Below are positions 48,792 to 59,549 of a DNA stretch of 64,000 nt, piece after piece. The stretch is from Candidatus Poribacteria bacterium (GTDB lineage Bacteria; Poribacteria; WGA-4E; WGA-3G), in assembly GCA_965214095.1 (NCBI GenBank), contig OZ243938.1:3040001-3104000 (forward strand), in the 5' to 3' direction. A model generated the notes under the pieces. It did no database searches and was not told where the DNA came from. It was given only the letters and a program-made list of their open reading frames with translations. Both the position numbers and the translations under genes were made by a program. Position 1 is the stretch's first letter. The number at the start of each line of letters is the position of its first letter.

Positions 48792-51700
48792 TTGTCACTA
48801 ATCTCACAAATGCAAAATATTGAAGCAACCCTCAAAACCCGCATTCAGAATAACGAAGCAGATTCGTTTGTTATCATTGTGCCAACAGATTCAGCACGTT
48901 TGAATCGTCAACGCGAGTTGATTGACTATCATCCGAACAGTGCCGTTGCTAATCTGCAAGTCTACGACATTCAGAATTTTATCCAGAGGTTATACAATCG
49001 GGTTCGTCCTGCAAGAAAACATATTTCAACAGGAATTCAAAACCTTTGGCTTAACGAAATCGCTGAAGATGATGCTGATAACTATAATGCGTTCAGACCA
49101 ATCCAGAATAAACCCATTCCAGACAGCACACTCTCTCTCATTGCTAACACGATAAATAACCTAAAAGAAAAAAGTGAGACTGTCCAAGATATTGAAGCGG
49201 ATACACCTACTAAGACTGACCTATCAAACATATATAGTCAATATGAGTCAAAACTTGAAAACGGGTGGATAGACGACAAAGGCAAACACCTTTACCTCGC
49301 AAACAATTTTGAAGACGACTTTATCAAACAGGCATTCCCCAAAGTAAATCTCATCGTCGTTGAAGGTTTCTTTGTCCTTTCTAAATCAGATATCAAAATA
49401 CTGACCCGTATTGCGCAGATACCTGAAATAGAGTTATGGTTTCGAACCGACTGTATAGAAGCAAATACTGAATTATTTGAGATTATTAAATCCCTCGTCT
49501 CCCAATTTAGAACAGCGGGTGCACATATAGATACGGACTATGACCGAAATGATGACAACCATATCTATTTCGCACAAAATCTGTTTCGCTCAGATAATAC
49601 CTTAACTCACAAGGAAGACCTGACAGAACAGATAAAAGTATTAGAACCCACAGACCGAACCGAAGAGATAGAGCAGATTGCGCATCTAATTCAAAAACAT
49701 GTGTCTAATGGAGACTGCGAATTGGGAGATATCTGTGTGGCATATTACAACTTAACACAATATCAACAACGGATTGCTGAAATATTTCCTGCTTTTGGTA
49801 TACCCTATTCTCTTGTGGAAAACATACCGCTCACAAAATCAGAAGTCGTCAAAGCCATCTTTTCCCGACTTACGCCAAGGAAAGAGTCTATAGAAGACCC
49901 CTATTTCTCAGATGTCAATCCCGCATCACCTACACGTGCATTTTTTCCAAATGAATTCCAGGATTATATCAACGCCATTTTGGATAAGGGTGGTGTTTTA
50001 CAACGCATACTTAACCCGATGCTACAAAAAAACAGTAAAATCGTTGAAGATGAAGTGAATGCATTACAAACATTTAAGAGGATTGTTGGAGAACTTTGCA
50101 CAACACTAACATCAGAAGAGGAAAGATCGTTTCGACTTGAATACTATATTAATAAACTACACTACATTGCCAAACACACACATTATCAGAACAGAGCACA
50201 GCCGAAAAGTGAAGCTGTCAAGATAGTCACCCTCGGTGAACTCAGGAGTTCGGAGTATGATACTGTCTTTTTAGGTGATTTTGTAGACGGGGGATTCCCA
50301 CCGAATTATCGTCCCGATCCCTTGCTACCAGACACACCATCTCGCACGGAAGAGGAACAACTCTACGATAATCGGTTTCTATTCTATCGTGTGTTGAAAT
50401 CATTTCGTGAAAGGTTGTATCTCCTTACACCGCAACGCGAAAATGTATCGGAATTAATCCCGTCCTTGTTTCTGTCGCAGCTACAAGAAATCGCTAACAT
50501 TGGTTCGGAAACGGTTGAAAATCCCACGCAAAGGAGTGTCCCAGGTTTCCTCAGTGCTTACGGAAAGTATGTGTCAACAGCAGAACATCCACCTACCAAT
50601 ACATTCCCTGAAGAACTTGATGACAGACGTTCCTTAATAGACCATGTTGTTTCTATCGAAAAAAGCCGTGAGGACACACACGAGCTTATGGCTTATGAAG
50701 GCATTTTGAAAGAAGGAAGTCTATCCGAAGAAAGTCAAGCACAATTGGAACAGTTGCGTGAAAAGAAATATTCTGTCACAGATTTGGAAACTTATGCCAA
50801 TTGTCCGTTTCAATACTATATTGATAAAGTTTTAGGTTACAAAGTTGAAGATGACGAGGAAGAAGATGAACCGTCTCCTCTTGAAAAAGGTTCGTTGATT
50901 CATGATGTCCTTTTTGAATTCTACAACAATTGTCGTGAAAATGAAGATCCTCCAATAACACAATGTTCAGATGAAAGCTTTGATAGAGCAAAACAGCAAT
51001 TAGATGAAATATTACACTATAAATCTGAAGAAAAACGGAATCAGCGAGAGAACATAAGTGAAGATAATCTCTTTTGGAAAATTGAGATTGAGAAACAACG
51101 GGTAGCACTACATAAATGGCTTGATGCCGAACGTGAATACGATCTAACTCTTGCACCACGTTATTTTGAAGTTAGTGTCGGATATCCACTAGGTAATACG
51201 GATGAGGAACTGAGCCAATCAGAACCTGTTTTAATAGGCAATGTTAACATGGTTGGTAGAATAGATCGGATTGATATTGGTGCGGGGAGTTTTAACGTCA
51301 TTGACTATAAGACTGGAAGTTCTGTGCCGAAAATGCCAGATATACTTGAAGGTCGGAGCATACAAATTCCGATCTATCTCCAGATCGCACAAAAAATATT
51401 GGAGCAAAATGGTATAACAGGTTTAGAACCTACTGCGGGACTCTATCACAAAATTAGGTTGGATGAATTCAAAGTGGAATTGGGTATTGGAATAGAGGAT
51501 TACAATGATATTGCTTTCAGAAATTTTAATGGCTCAGATTGGGGGCCTGTGGGCACAAGAAGTGGACAATTGTTGTATGACGAACAGTTTGAATCACGAC
51601 TTAATCGCGTAAATGGTTATATTGAACAGTACGTTGAAAACATTTCAAACGGTATCTTTCCAATCATCACACGTGTTGATACTTATGTAGATTCTGTAGA

Positions 51701-51815
51701 GGAAGGGGATGCACCGCTTACTCCGAAAGACCCCACCAAACCTTGTAGTTATTGTGCTTACAAGAGGATTTGTCGTGTTGGAGCATTCGTTGAATCATCC
51801 CAAACAGACGCATAA
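48792..51815 (+). CDS. AddB/RexB-like PD-(D/E)XK nuclease subunit
   Basis: Inactive helicase-like N-terminus, YANCPFQY, GRIDRID...IDYKTG and CSYCAYKRIC Fe-S staple. Confidence 0.82.
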   Translation: MSLISQMQNIEATLKTRIQNNEADSFVIIVPTDSARLNRQRELIDYHPNSAVANLQVYDIQNFIQRLYNRVRPARKHISTGIQNLWLNEIAEDDADNYNAFRPIQNKPIPDSTLSLIANTINNLKEKSETVQDIEADTPTKTDLSNIYSQYESKLENGWIDDKGKHLYLANNFEDDFIKQAFPKVNLIVVEGFFVLSKSDIKILTRIAQIPEIELWFRTDCIEANTELFEIIKSLVSQFRTAGAHIDTDYDRNDDNHIYFAQNLFRSDNTLTHKEDLTEQIKVLEPTDRTEEIEQIAHLIQKHVSNGDCELGDICVAYYNLTQYQQRIAEIFPAFGIPYSLVENIPLTKSEVVKAIFSRLTPRKESIEDPYFSDVNPASPTRAFFPNEFQDYINAILDKGGVLQRILNPMLQKNSKIVEDEVNALQTFKRIVGELCTTLTSEEERSFRLEYYINKLHYIAKHTHYQNRAQPKSEAVKIVTLGELRSSEYDTVFLGDFVDGGFPPNYRPDPLLPDTPSRTEEEQLYDNRFLFYRVLKSFRERLYLLTPQRENVSELIPSLFLSQLQEIANIGSETVENPTQRSVPGFLSAYGKYVSTAEHPPTNTFPEELDDRRSLIDHVVSIEKSREDTHELMAYEGILKEGSLSEESQAQLEQLREKKYSVTDLETYANCPFQYYIDKVLGYKVEDDEEEDEPSPLEKGSLIHDVLFEFYNNCRENEDPPITQCSDESFDRAKQQLDEILHYKSEEKRNQRENISEDNLFWKIEIEKQRVALHKWLDAEREYDLTLAPRYFEVSVGYPLGNTDEELSQSEPVLIGNVNMVGRIDRIDIGAGSFNVIDYKTGSSVPKMPDILEGRSIQIPIYLQIAQKILEQNGITGLEPTAGLYHKIRLDEFKVELGIGIEDYNDIAFRNFNGSDWGPVGTRSGQLLYDEQFESRLNRVNGYIEQYVENISNGIFPIITRVDTYVDSVEEGDAPLTPKDPTKPCSYCAYKRICRVGAFVESSQTDA

Positions 51816-51838
51816 TTTCGTTTATTCGTGAGGTAGAG

Positions 51839-52819
51839 ATGTACGAAATACTTGGAGAGACATCGTTAAAAACAGCTGAGGTAATGGAAGTTGGCGTAAT
51901 CAATGCCCCTGACCAACCCCATGCCGATGAGATAAAGAAGTTTCTTGGACACAAACCGCAATTCTTCGATTGGCACATTGAAAGGTGTGTAGTCGAATCA
52001 CTTGACGAACTGGAGACACGATTCTATGTTGGAAAAGTAGATGGTCATATCATCACTAACATCATGACGGTTGAACATGATGGGATAGGTATATTAGGCC
52101 ATGTATATACACTACCGGATCAACGCAGAAAAGGGGCGTGTAAAGGCACAATGGCTTTTCAGATGGAGGATTTTCGTCAGAGGAACGGACGCGCACTCTA
52201 CCTTGGAACAGGGTACAACAGTCATCCATATCACATATACCACAGCTTTGGATTTGAAAGTGTTTATCCAGAATCTGGTTTTATGAAATATTTTGTGAAC
52301 GATGATTTTGAGGAAACATACTTCGCTACAACTACCGCACTTCCGAAACAAGTTGAGTGGCACGATTGGCCGAAGTTGACTGCGTTGTCTGGAATAGTCG
52401 GGTGCGATACACTCCGCAGTCTGCTATGGAACGTCTATGGTCCAACGAATTTGGAAAGCGGCTTTTTGATTTTGAAGCGCACATTGGAAGTAAGTGATGT
52501 CTTAGATGATGCAAAATTATTGACTACACAGGACGGTGCTATTGTTGGTTGGGCAACGGTGAATAGAGATAGTAAGTGGCGACATAATATCGCACTTCTT
52601 GACCTATTCTTTCATCCTAACTTTGTCGATTCTGTTCCTGCACTCCTTTCATCACTGAAGTTTCCTGAACTGAAAATTCAATGTTATATTGATAGTGATG
52701 CTGAGAAGAAAGCAGAAGTATTAGAAGCATCAGGTTTTTCCCGTGAAGGAAGATTCAAGAATCATATTGAATATAGAGGAAAGAAATACGATGTGTTAGT
52801 GTTTGGACGTGAGGTATAG
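51839..52819 (+). CDS. GNAT-family acetyltransferase (tandem GNAT fold)
   Basis: VYTLPDQRRKGAC, IYHSFGF and LEASGFSREG. Confidence 0.8.
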   Translation: MYEILGETSLKTAEVMEVGVINAPDQPHADEIKKFLGHKPQFFDWHIERCVVESLDELETRFYVGKVDGHIITNIMTVEHDGIGILGHVYTLPDQRRKGACKGTMAFQMEDFRQRNGRALYLGTGYNSHPYHIYHSFGFESVYPESGFMKYFVNDDFEETYFATTTALPKQVEWHDWPKLTALSGIVGCDTLRSLLWNVYGPTNLESGFLILKRTLEVSDVLDDAKLLTTQDGAIVGWATVNRDSKWRHNIALLDLFFHPNFVDSVPALLSSLKFPELKIQCYIDSDAEKKAEVLEASGFSREGRFKNHIEYRGKKYDVLVFGREV

Positions 52820-52833
52820 AAGTGGAAAGCATG

Positions 52834-52993
52834 TTATAGTGAAATACAAAATATATGCACACTTTTGGTACGTGAGACCTAAACTAACGGACTGGACTGT
52901 GCCGTAGCACAAACTGCCAGTTTGTGCAGTAGTGTACGCAAACTGGCAGTTTGCGCTACAATTGTGTGCAAGTAATTATAGATTTCACTATAA
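52834..52993. mobile_element. Family-A MITE-like element with TIR ttatagtgaaat / atttcactataa and two REP hairpins
   Basis: Perfect 12-bp TIRs; near-identical inverted copy at 63258-63388. Lies between convergent genes. Confidence 0.8.
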
Positions 52994-52995
52994 TG

Positions 52996-55900
52996 TTACT
53001 TCAACACCAATATCTTACCAACTTTTTGCACACGATCATCACCTTTGGTAGCAGTGAATTTGTAGATATAGACACCGTTCGCAAGTGGATCACCTTCTGC
53101 ATCTAAACCTTCAAAATGATATTCGTTATAGGAGATTGATGCATCAAGCGTATCAATCGTCGTGATTAGTTTACCAGTCAGTGTGTAAATCTTGAGCGTG
53201 ACTTTATCTGCACCACCCGTGAGATAGTAAGCAAAGTTAGTTCCCTTACCAATGCCTTTGCCAGGACGGAACGGATTAGGGAAGTTTGCGATGTTTTTTA
53301 TCTCAAATCCACCAGCAACTTTCGCGTTTAGACCACTATCCTCTACATTTCCATTTGCATCCTGTGCCTGCAGTCTTATACGGTATTCACCAGCATCCAA
53401 TGCATTTATAGGTGAATAGGTAATGAATAGGACGTTGCTACTCAATGGAGAAGCGGAGACTGTGTATTCATCCTGTGGGACACGATCACCGTTCTTGGTG
53501 AGAATGATATTATCCTGACGTGGATCAATGCCGTTTGCATCCTCAATTTTAGCAGAAAAAGTAGGCGTATCAGAAATGTAGTCACCATCAATGAATCCTT
53601 GATTGTCAACGCTTATCTCTAAGGTCGGTGGTTGTGAATCTGTGTGAGATAGCAAGGCAAATGTCCCTGGTAGTTTCACCTCAGCAGATATAGTATCTTC
53701 TGTCTCTGTTTGCTCTCCAACGCGAATCCAGTTCTCTGTCTCATCGTCTTGCATGTATATGTACAAGGTTTCTTCAGCAGTTTTCACAAACGACGCTGTT
53801 GCAACTAATTCTGATTGCTCGCTCAATTTTAGACGATAGGCAACAGGTGTTGTCTCAGTATCCAATGTGGGAGCAGAAACTATATCAGGTTGGTTTTTGA
53901 TGGTCAACGTTTCCGTTTCAAATGTCATTGCCCCGTGGGTTTCAAGGCTACCGGGAGGAATTGTGATGCTAAGCTTCCCATCTAAACTCTGTATTGGCTT
54001 GTCAATACTATCAGAATCAAAGAAAATATGTGAACTTTCAATTTCCCGTGATGCAATATTATTGTTCGTATTATATTCAGGAAAAATACCATCCGGTTTT
54101 TCTGTCGTTGGCATATCAACAAACACAGCTACAATATATTTACCAGGGTCAGGTCGCCACGGCACACTTGCCACAACAGTTCTATTGGGTGGTAATTCAG
54201 GCAGCAAATACACATCACCGATTGGAGTCGCATTCTGTAACATCTCAAGTGTGACCTCTTGTGTCTCTGCACCATCAGTTACTGGAATTTGAAAGAAACT
54301 TACAGGAACATCTTTGGCAGAAAGGGAATCCCGATTACTTATATGTGCCGAAAGATGAAATGGGGAATTGGTATCCCAATCAAGAGTGTGTTCTAAAACG
54401 GTCAAATCTCCTAATCCAACACTATATGTGGCTGTCTCTGTCTGAAGTATACGTCCATCATTTGGTTTGACATATATATAATAATCAATTTGCTCCCCTG
54501 ATTCTTGTCCAGAGATAGGTTGTTCAGTTCTATAGGTTTTCCCTGCCTGTTTAATCATAGGAATTGCTTCAGCTTCATCTCGGCGGGATTCTATTAGGAA
54601 CGGACTCCAATAGAGTGTAATTTCGTCAATTTCACTTTCATTGGCTACTTCTGCGTAAATATGAACAGGTTGATCCGGTAATACAGGATACGGCTCAAGG
54701 CGAACGTCTTTAATATAGTGATCTACAGGATTAGACGATAAATGACCAATTACATCTTTCTCGTTATTCCATGCATAAGTTCGCAGATGCCATGAATCAT
54801 AAGCACTGTTATATGGTAGTTGGATTTCTGCTTCAAATTTACCATCTACAACTTGCACTGTTGCCATGCGTGGTTCAACATCCATACCCAATCGATTCGT
54901 TGTGGATTCAGAACGGAACCATGTTCGGACTCTTTTGCCCTCTCTGTTTAGCGGATTTGGCAGCACTGTTACCTCTGCGTTTCCACTGAAATTCGGATCA
55001 GGTATTGTGCCAGCAACTGTCAACAAGGTTCCTGCATCAAAAACATCTCTATGTAAGATTTCCTCTGTTTCTGTTTTGATCTGCATCTCTGTATGCGGCA
55101 ATCTTAATTTTGTAGCAGGATCACCAAACAATGTAAACACTTCTGTCAGATCAGGGTAACCCGGTAGATTTATCAAAAAACGTGTCTTTGCTTCTGCCAG
55201 GATGGCACCAATATGTAACATTTTGTCATGGAAAATCACATCTAAAATCTCTTTATTCAGGACGTGATCTTGGTATAATAACCCGATGCTTGTTCCACCG
55301 ATCACACCAATAGCACCACCACTATCCGAACGGAGAAATTCCTCAGCAAGACATCCTGTTTTACTATCAAATTCCCCTGTAAAACAGGTCATACTAATGA
55401 CAAAAGGCAATTGTGATATATTCGTTAAGTTTTTCTGCGGGTCCTCCAAATCCATCATACGACTTGATGCCCACCTACCGCCAGCACCATGCCCAACATA
55501 ATTGACAAGACTTGCCCCACTGTTAAAACCATCAATTACTTGTCTCCCAACTGGTGTGCTACCTTCACCTAATAACTGGTCATCTCCGACGGAAGGGGCT
55601 GCATATATTAATTGGGTTTCATATTTTTCGGTGAGTCTATTTTCTTCAATAAGCGAATCTGTTTGGATGTGAAAATCCTCATCTGAACCCGCAAGCATGA
55701 GTATACGTTTATGCCAAGGTCCAATTTCGTCTGTACTCTCATATTTTATTGCACGTTCAACGAATATCCGTGTATCCACGCTATTTGTTGCTGGAACACG
55801 TCCAATGAACATTTCGGGGAAAAAATCGTTGCCGCGAAATGTAACGAACTGGTGATCACTTGAAGATGAACCATAACCAGGGACTTGTATCTGAATCGTA

Positions 55901-58221
55901 GGAACAACGCTTGTTTTGTCTATAGGATTTGCATCTCCAATTAACAGAACATACGTGGGTGCAGGGGGTTGCCAGTTTTCATAAGTATACTTAAGAAAAT
56001 CACGGATTGCGTATGGATTTAGAATACCATGATTGAATTCATCATAGATATCTTGAACATCTACAACTTTCGATCGCATCCCTTGTTGACTTCTGAAGTC
56101 TGCAAGCGGTTGTACATCTCGCATGAGTTCTGTAGCGGTAATAATAATATAATCTGCACCGTTGTGCTGGTTACGTAAATCGGATGGTGTATCTTTTATG
56201 ATTTTTTCAGGTTTTAGGTATTTGTCGTCTGTTATTGCAATATATTGTATAGCAGTATCAGGGATGTGCGGTTGATCTGGTTGTAATCGCGGTACACCGC
56301 CAATCCGAGTAGATTGGAAAACGACATCGTATACACCTGGATTATCTTCATCTTCTATAGGAGCTAAGCCCACATACCGAGTGCCGTCAACACTAAATAT
56401 TTCAATATTTGGATTGGTAAAGTTTTTGAGGGTGACCTTAAAATTTGGATTTATCTCACCGGTTGCGTCATCTGGTAGTAGAGTAATTGAGAAAGGCAAT
56501 ACGTTCTCATTCGCATCATAGGTTCGCCAATAATCAATTTCAAACCAGTTAATCATGACCAGGTCCAACACATGGTCTTCAGGAATAACTGTTCCTAACG
56601 TATTTATACCGTTCTTGAGAAAAGATTGTGATATTTCTCGGTTTTCAAACCGATATTCCGTTGCTGCAGACCATCCCGGTCTTCCAATCACGATATCGTC
56701 ATTCAACCACAGTTCTGTAAAGTGTGTGCCTTCAGACCTACCGTGTAAAATGACCCGTATGGTTGCTTTGTTGCCAGTGCCTGCTACCCCAGCGAGTGTG
56801 AACGAAAAATCCTTGATCTCTGTGGCACTTATCTGTGCCCAAAACCAACTATCATCGGGCAGTTCGGGTAGTGAATTAATAGTGAAGCCTCGGAATTGAA
56901 GCCCATCGCTAAATTGTTCAATATCGTCACCTTGTTCCAAACCGAAGTTCTTAAATCGTCTGAATTGATTATCCTTTTCCACATGGACACGTGTGTAAAA
57001 GTTATTCGGTTCATATAGGTCAATGGAGTCTGTAGAAATAGTTTTCGTATCCATACGGAGCCCCGGTCCACCATTCCATGTAAGCCAATAGATATTTTCA
57101 TCGGTATATGGATCAAAATATGTTTTTTCTCCACTGTGACGCTGTGCGTAGAAGACAATTTCAGCATCAACACCAAATCCTGAATTATCATTTACTGACT
57201 TTCCGTTACCTGTGTTCCGCACAAATATCGGTATAGGCTTTCCTCTGTTAGACAGTACTAATGTAGAAGGTCTGATCGTTGATACGTCAACCCCAGCAGC
57301 TGCTAAATCGCTTGCTGTAATGTGGTGCATCCCAGTAGAAGTTATAATGACTTTGTAGCGAGACGTAGTACTTGCGGGGGCACCCGCTAAAGATAACGGT
57401 GGGTTGGCGGTAGAAAATGCATCAAAACCAGACAAATCACCCTTTGACAATGTATTTCTATCTGAGGAACGCCATTGCTTAGCAGTTTCTGGATTAATCA
57501 ACAGTTTTCCAAACATTTCTTCATAGACTGAAGATTCTGGACGAAGTATTCCTGGCAAAGAAGAAGGAGTGTTTCTATTACCATTGAACTGCACTTCAAC
57601 CACAAGTTTGTGATAGAGTTTAACAATCCCACTCACAGGATTATATTGAACGGGATTTAGTTGAATAGGAAGTACTCGATTTTCTCTGATCCATCCTGCA
57701 GTTCCAATTTTGGCAAGGTTGTAAGGGTAAAAGCGATTAGTTGCATAATTAGAAACCGATTTGTGCTTGAACAGTGTACCTTCAGAATTGCTTCGTCCTA
57801 TAATGTCTCTATAATCTGCAAGTGTGTGTTTGAGGGTGTATGTGCTAAAGTCACCACTTTCAATAATTCGGACAGAAAAACTTGCATCGGATGGAACTCC
57901 TATTAATGCAGTTTGCACGGGTAGATGCGGATTCCCTGGTTCATAACCGAAACGGCATCTTGGAAAAGAAATAGACTGGAACTGTTTGCCGTCGCGTTCA
58001 TGGGTATTAATCTCAAAATCTGCTTTTGAGACCGAGAGTTGTAAGACCACGCCTTGTGGTGTGGCACTGACCAATTCAATCGCACAATCGCGCTGTGTAT
58101 TATCGCTGGCAGTTGAAGGGTTGTTTTCATAAATAGGTGCAGCATCTACAGATATAACAGCAGAAAACGACACTATCGTTATCAGGAGCAAAAGTGTTGT
58201 GAAGAGGGTATTTTTTTTCAT
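52996..58221 (-). CDS. C25 (gingipain/PorU-like) cysteine peptidase with C-terminal FlgD/CTD-like domain
   Basis: Signal peptide, C25 propeptide, ADYIIIT, IYDEFNHG, catalytic NYVGHG and SMTC, LFGDP, and C-terminal NFPNPF...LANGVYIYK. Confidence 0.88.
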   Translation of the reverse strand: MKKNTLFTTLLLLITIVSFSAVISVDAAPIYENNPSTASDNTQRDCAIELVSATPQGVVLQLSVSKADFEINTHERDGKQFQSISFPRCRFGYEPGNPHLPVQTALIGVPSDASFSVRIIESGDFSTYTLKHTLADYRDIIGRSNSEGTLFKHKSVSNYATNRFYPYNLAKIGTAGWIRENRVLPIQLNPVQYNPVSGIVKLYHKLVVEVQFNGNRNTPSSLPGILRPESSVYEEMFGKLLINPETAKQWRSSDRNTLSKGDLSGFDAFSTANPPLSLAGAPASTTSRYKVIITSTGMHHITASDLAAAGVDVSTIRPSTLVLSNRGKPIPIFVRNTGNGKSVNDNSGFGVDAEIVFYAQRHSGEKTYFDPYTDENIYWLTWNGGPGLRMDTKTISTDSIDLYEPNNFYTRVHVEKDNQFRRFKNFGLEQGDDIEQFSDGLQFRGFTINSLPELPDDSWFWAQISATEIKDFSFTLAGVAGTGNKATIRVILHGRSEGTHFTELWLNDDIVIGRPGWSAATEYRFENREISQSFLKNGINTLGTVIPEDHVLDLVMINWFEIDYWRTYDANENVLPFSITLLPDDATGEINPNFKVTLKNFTNPNIEIFSVDGTRYVGLAPIEDEDNPGVYDVVFQSTRIGGVPRLQPDQPHIPDTAIQYIAITDDKYLKPEKIIKDTPSDLRNQHNGADYIIITATELMRDVQPLADFRSQQGMRSKVVDVQDIYDEFNHGILNPYAIRDFLKYTYENWQPPAPTYVLLIGDANPIDKTSVVPTIQIQVPGYGSSSSDHQFVTFRGNDFFPEMFIGRVPATNSVDTRIFVERAIKYESTDEIGPWHKRILMLAGSDEDFHIQTDSLIEENRLTEKYETQLIYAAPSVGDDQLLGEGSTPVGRQVIDGFNSGASLVNYVGHGAGGRWASSRMMDLEDPQKNLTNISQLPFVISMTCFTGEFDSKTGCLAEEFLRSDSGGAIGVIGGTSIGLLYQDHVLNKEILDVIFHDKMLHIGAILAEAKTRFLINLPGYPDLTEVFTLFGDPATKLRLPHTEMQIKTETEEILHRDVFDAGTLLTVAGTIPDPNFSGNAEVTVLPNPLNREGKRVRTWFRSESTTNRLGMDVEPRMATVQVVDGKFEAEIQLPYNSAYDSWHLRTYAWNNEKDVIGHLSSNPVDHYIKDVRLEPYPVLPDQPVHIYAEVANESEIDEITLYWSPFLIESRRDEAEAIPMIKQAGKTYRTEQPISGQESGEQIDYYIYVKPNDGRILQTETATYSVGLGDLTVLEHTLDWDTNSPFHLSAHISNRDSLSAKDVPVSFFQIPVTDGAETQEVTLEMLQNATPIGDVYLLPELPPNRTVVASVPWRPDPGKYIVAVFVDMPTTEKPDGIFPEYNTNNNIASREIESSHIFFDSDSIDKPIQSLDGKLSITIPPGSLETHGAMTFETETLTIKNQPDIVSAPTLDTETTPVAYRLKLSEQSELVATASFVKTAEETLYIYMQDDETENWIRVGEQTETEDTISAEVKLPGTFALLSHTDSQPPTLEISVDNQGFIDGDYISDTPTFSAKIEDANGIDPRQDNIILTKNGDRVPQDEYTVSASPLSSNVLFITYSPINALDAGEYRIRLQAQDANGNVEDSGLNAKVAGGFEIKNIANFPNPFRPGKGIGKGTNFAYYLTGGADKVTLKIYTLTGKLITTIDTLDASISYNEYHFEGLDAEGDPLANGVYIYKFTATKGDDRVQKVGKILVLK

Positions 58222-58254
58222 TGGATTCTTTGGATTCTTATGAGTGTAGTTGTT

Positions 58255-58842
58255 TTATTTATTTGTTACGAGATGATAGACTTGAATCTCACGGACTTGT
58301 GCGATTGAAGGTCGCACCACTCTATAATGTGGAAGGTATTGGTCAAACATTGTCTGTCGTTGGTCTACAATTTTGTCACCAGGGTCAGGTTCAAGTTTAT
58401 TTACGACAATATCGTCTACAGTCCGGGTCACGGCAATACGAATCATCTTTGTGTTGAAGTTCAACCTATCAAAAACATACATTCCCTGTGCAGCTTTACC
58501 TTGAAGGTTGCGTCGTTGTATAACAGAACTGAAAGTCTCCCATTCATCGACTTCTGGCTTCAGGTATTCCATTTTAAAACGGAATAGGTTTTCGTTGTGA
58601 ACGATAATTTTGCGTACTGGCTTCACGTCAGCAAATCGGATGATGAAGTAACGTTCATTTGTTGCAGGAATGGTAGCAATCGTTTCAAGATTTCCATCGT
58701 TCAACCCAGGATGGTTTGCTTCAGTGCCGTAATTGGCTTGTGCGATATTTTCACTGTACTGCGTAGATAATACTGCAGCGAGTCGGCATGCATTAAGACT
58801 GAAACAGAGAAAGAAAAGAAAAATAATTGTTAGACATCTCAT
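58255..58842 (-). CDS. Hypothetical lipoprotein (possible galactose-binding/discoidin-like fold)
   Basis: Lipobox LNAC, LNDGNLET and C-terminal VREIQVY. Confidence 0.65.
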   Translation of the reverse strand: MRCLTIIFLFFLCFSLNACRLAAVLSTQYSENIAQANYGTEANHPGLNDGNLETIATIPATNERYFIIRFADVKPVRKIIVHNENLFRFKMEYLKPEVDEWETFSSVIQRRNLQGKAAQGMYVFDRLNFNTKMIRIAVTRTVDDIVVNKLEPDPGDKIVDQRQTMFDQYLPHYRVVRPSIAQVREIQVYHLVTNK

Positions 58843-59126
58843 TCCGTTTCCTCCAGAAATTCCACGTCAAAATGGTCTACAATACCCATAACGAGTTCTC
58901 TGATAGGAGCATTTTCTACGCCAAATACCTCTTGTGCTACACCCGGTCCAGCACCGACAATGACCGTATCACCTTCACCCGCGCCAACATAATCAACAGC
59001 AATAGTTGGGGTACGAACCAGCTCAGAACGGACACTTAACGGTTGAACAAGCAACAACGTCCGGTTTTCATACGCTGGGTGCTTTATTACAGAAACGACT
59101 TTGCCGATAACTTTTGCCAGATACAT
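58839..59126 (-). CDS. eutN: EutN/CcmL family bacterial microcompartment vertex protein
   Basis: MYLAKVIGKVVS..K, AVDYVGAGEGD and MGIVD. Confidence 0.92.
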   Translation of the reverse strand: MYLAKVIGKVVSVIKHPAYENRTLLLVQPLSVRSELVRTPTIAVDYVGAGEGDTVIVGAGPGVAQEVFGVENAPIRELVMGIVDHFDVEFLEETE

Positions 59127-59217
59127 AACTACCTATGATATTTCATTGGAAATGGGGTTGGAAACCCCGCCAACAAGACTGTTCGTTAAATTAGAAGCAA
59201 TTTAAGCCAATATTACA

Positions 59218-59499
59218 CTAACCTATATTATCAGTGAGTGACATAGAATCCACAATACCGACAATTGCTACATCTACTGGCATCCGTCTGCCGGGTAAAA
59301 CTCCGACAGCATCTCCACCTGTCACCATATAGACTATTTCTCCCACGCCTGCGTCTTGTAGTGTATCTACTGCTACAAGCGGTTCAGAAATCGGTGTGTG
59401 CTTTTCATCCAATGGTTGTACAACGAGAAGTCGTGTGCCTTCCAAACTCGGATCTTTTCGTGTCGCGACAACGGTTCCAATGACTTTTCCTATATCCAT
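59218..59499 (-). CDS. eutN: EutN/CcmL family bacterial microcompartment vertex protein
   Basis: GKVIGTVVATRK, AVDT..AGVGE and PVDVAIVGIVD. Confidence 0.93.
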   Translation of the reverse strand: MDIGKVIGTVVATRKDPSLEGTRLLVVQPLDEKHTPISEPLVAVDTLQDAGVGEIVYMVTGGDAVGVLPGRRMPVDVAIVGIVDSMSLTDNIG

Positions 59500-59549
59500 T
59501 AGTATAATCTCAATTTCATTTAATTCATTATATTCTTTGATTATAGACG

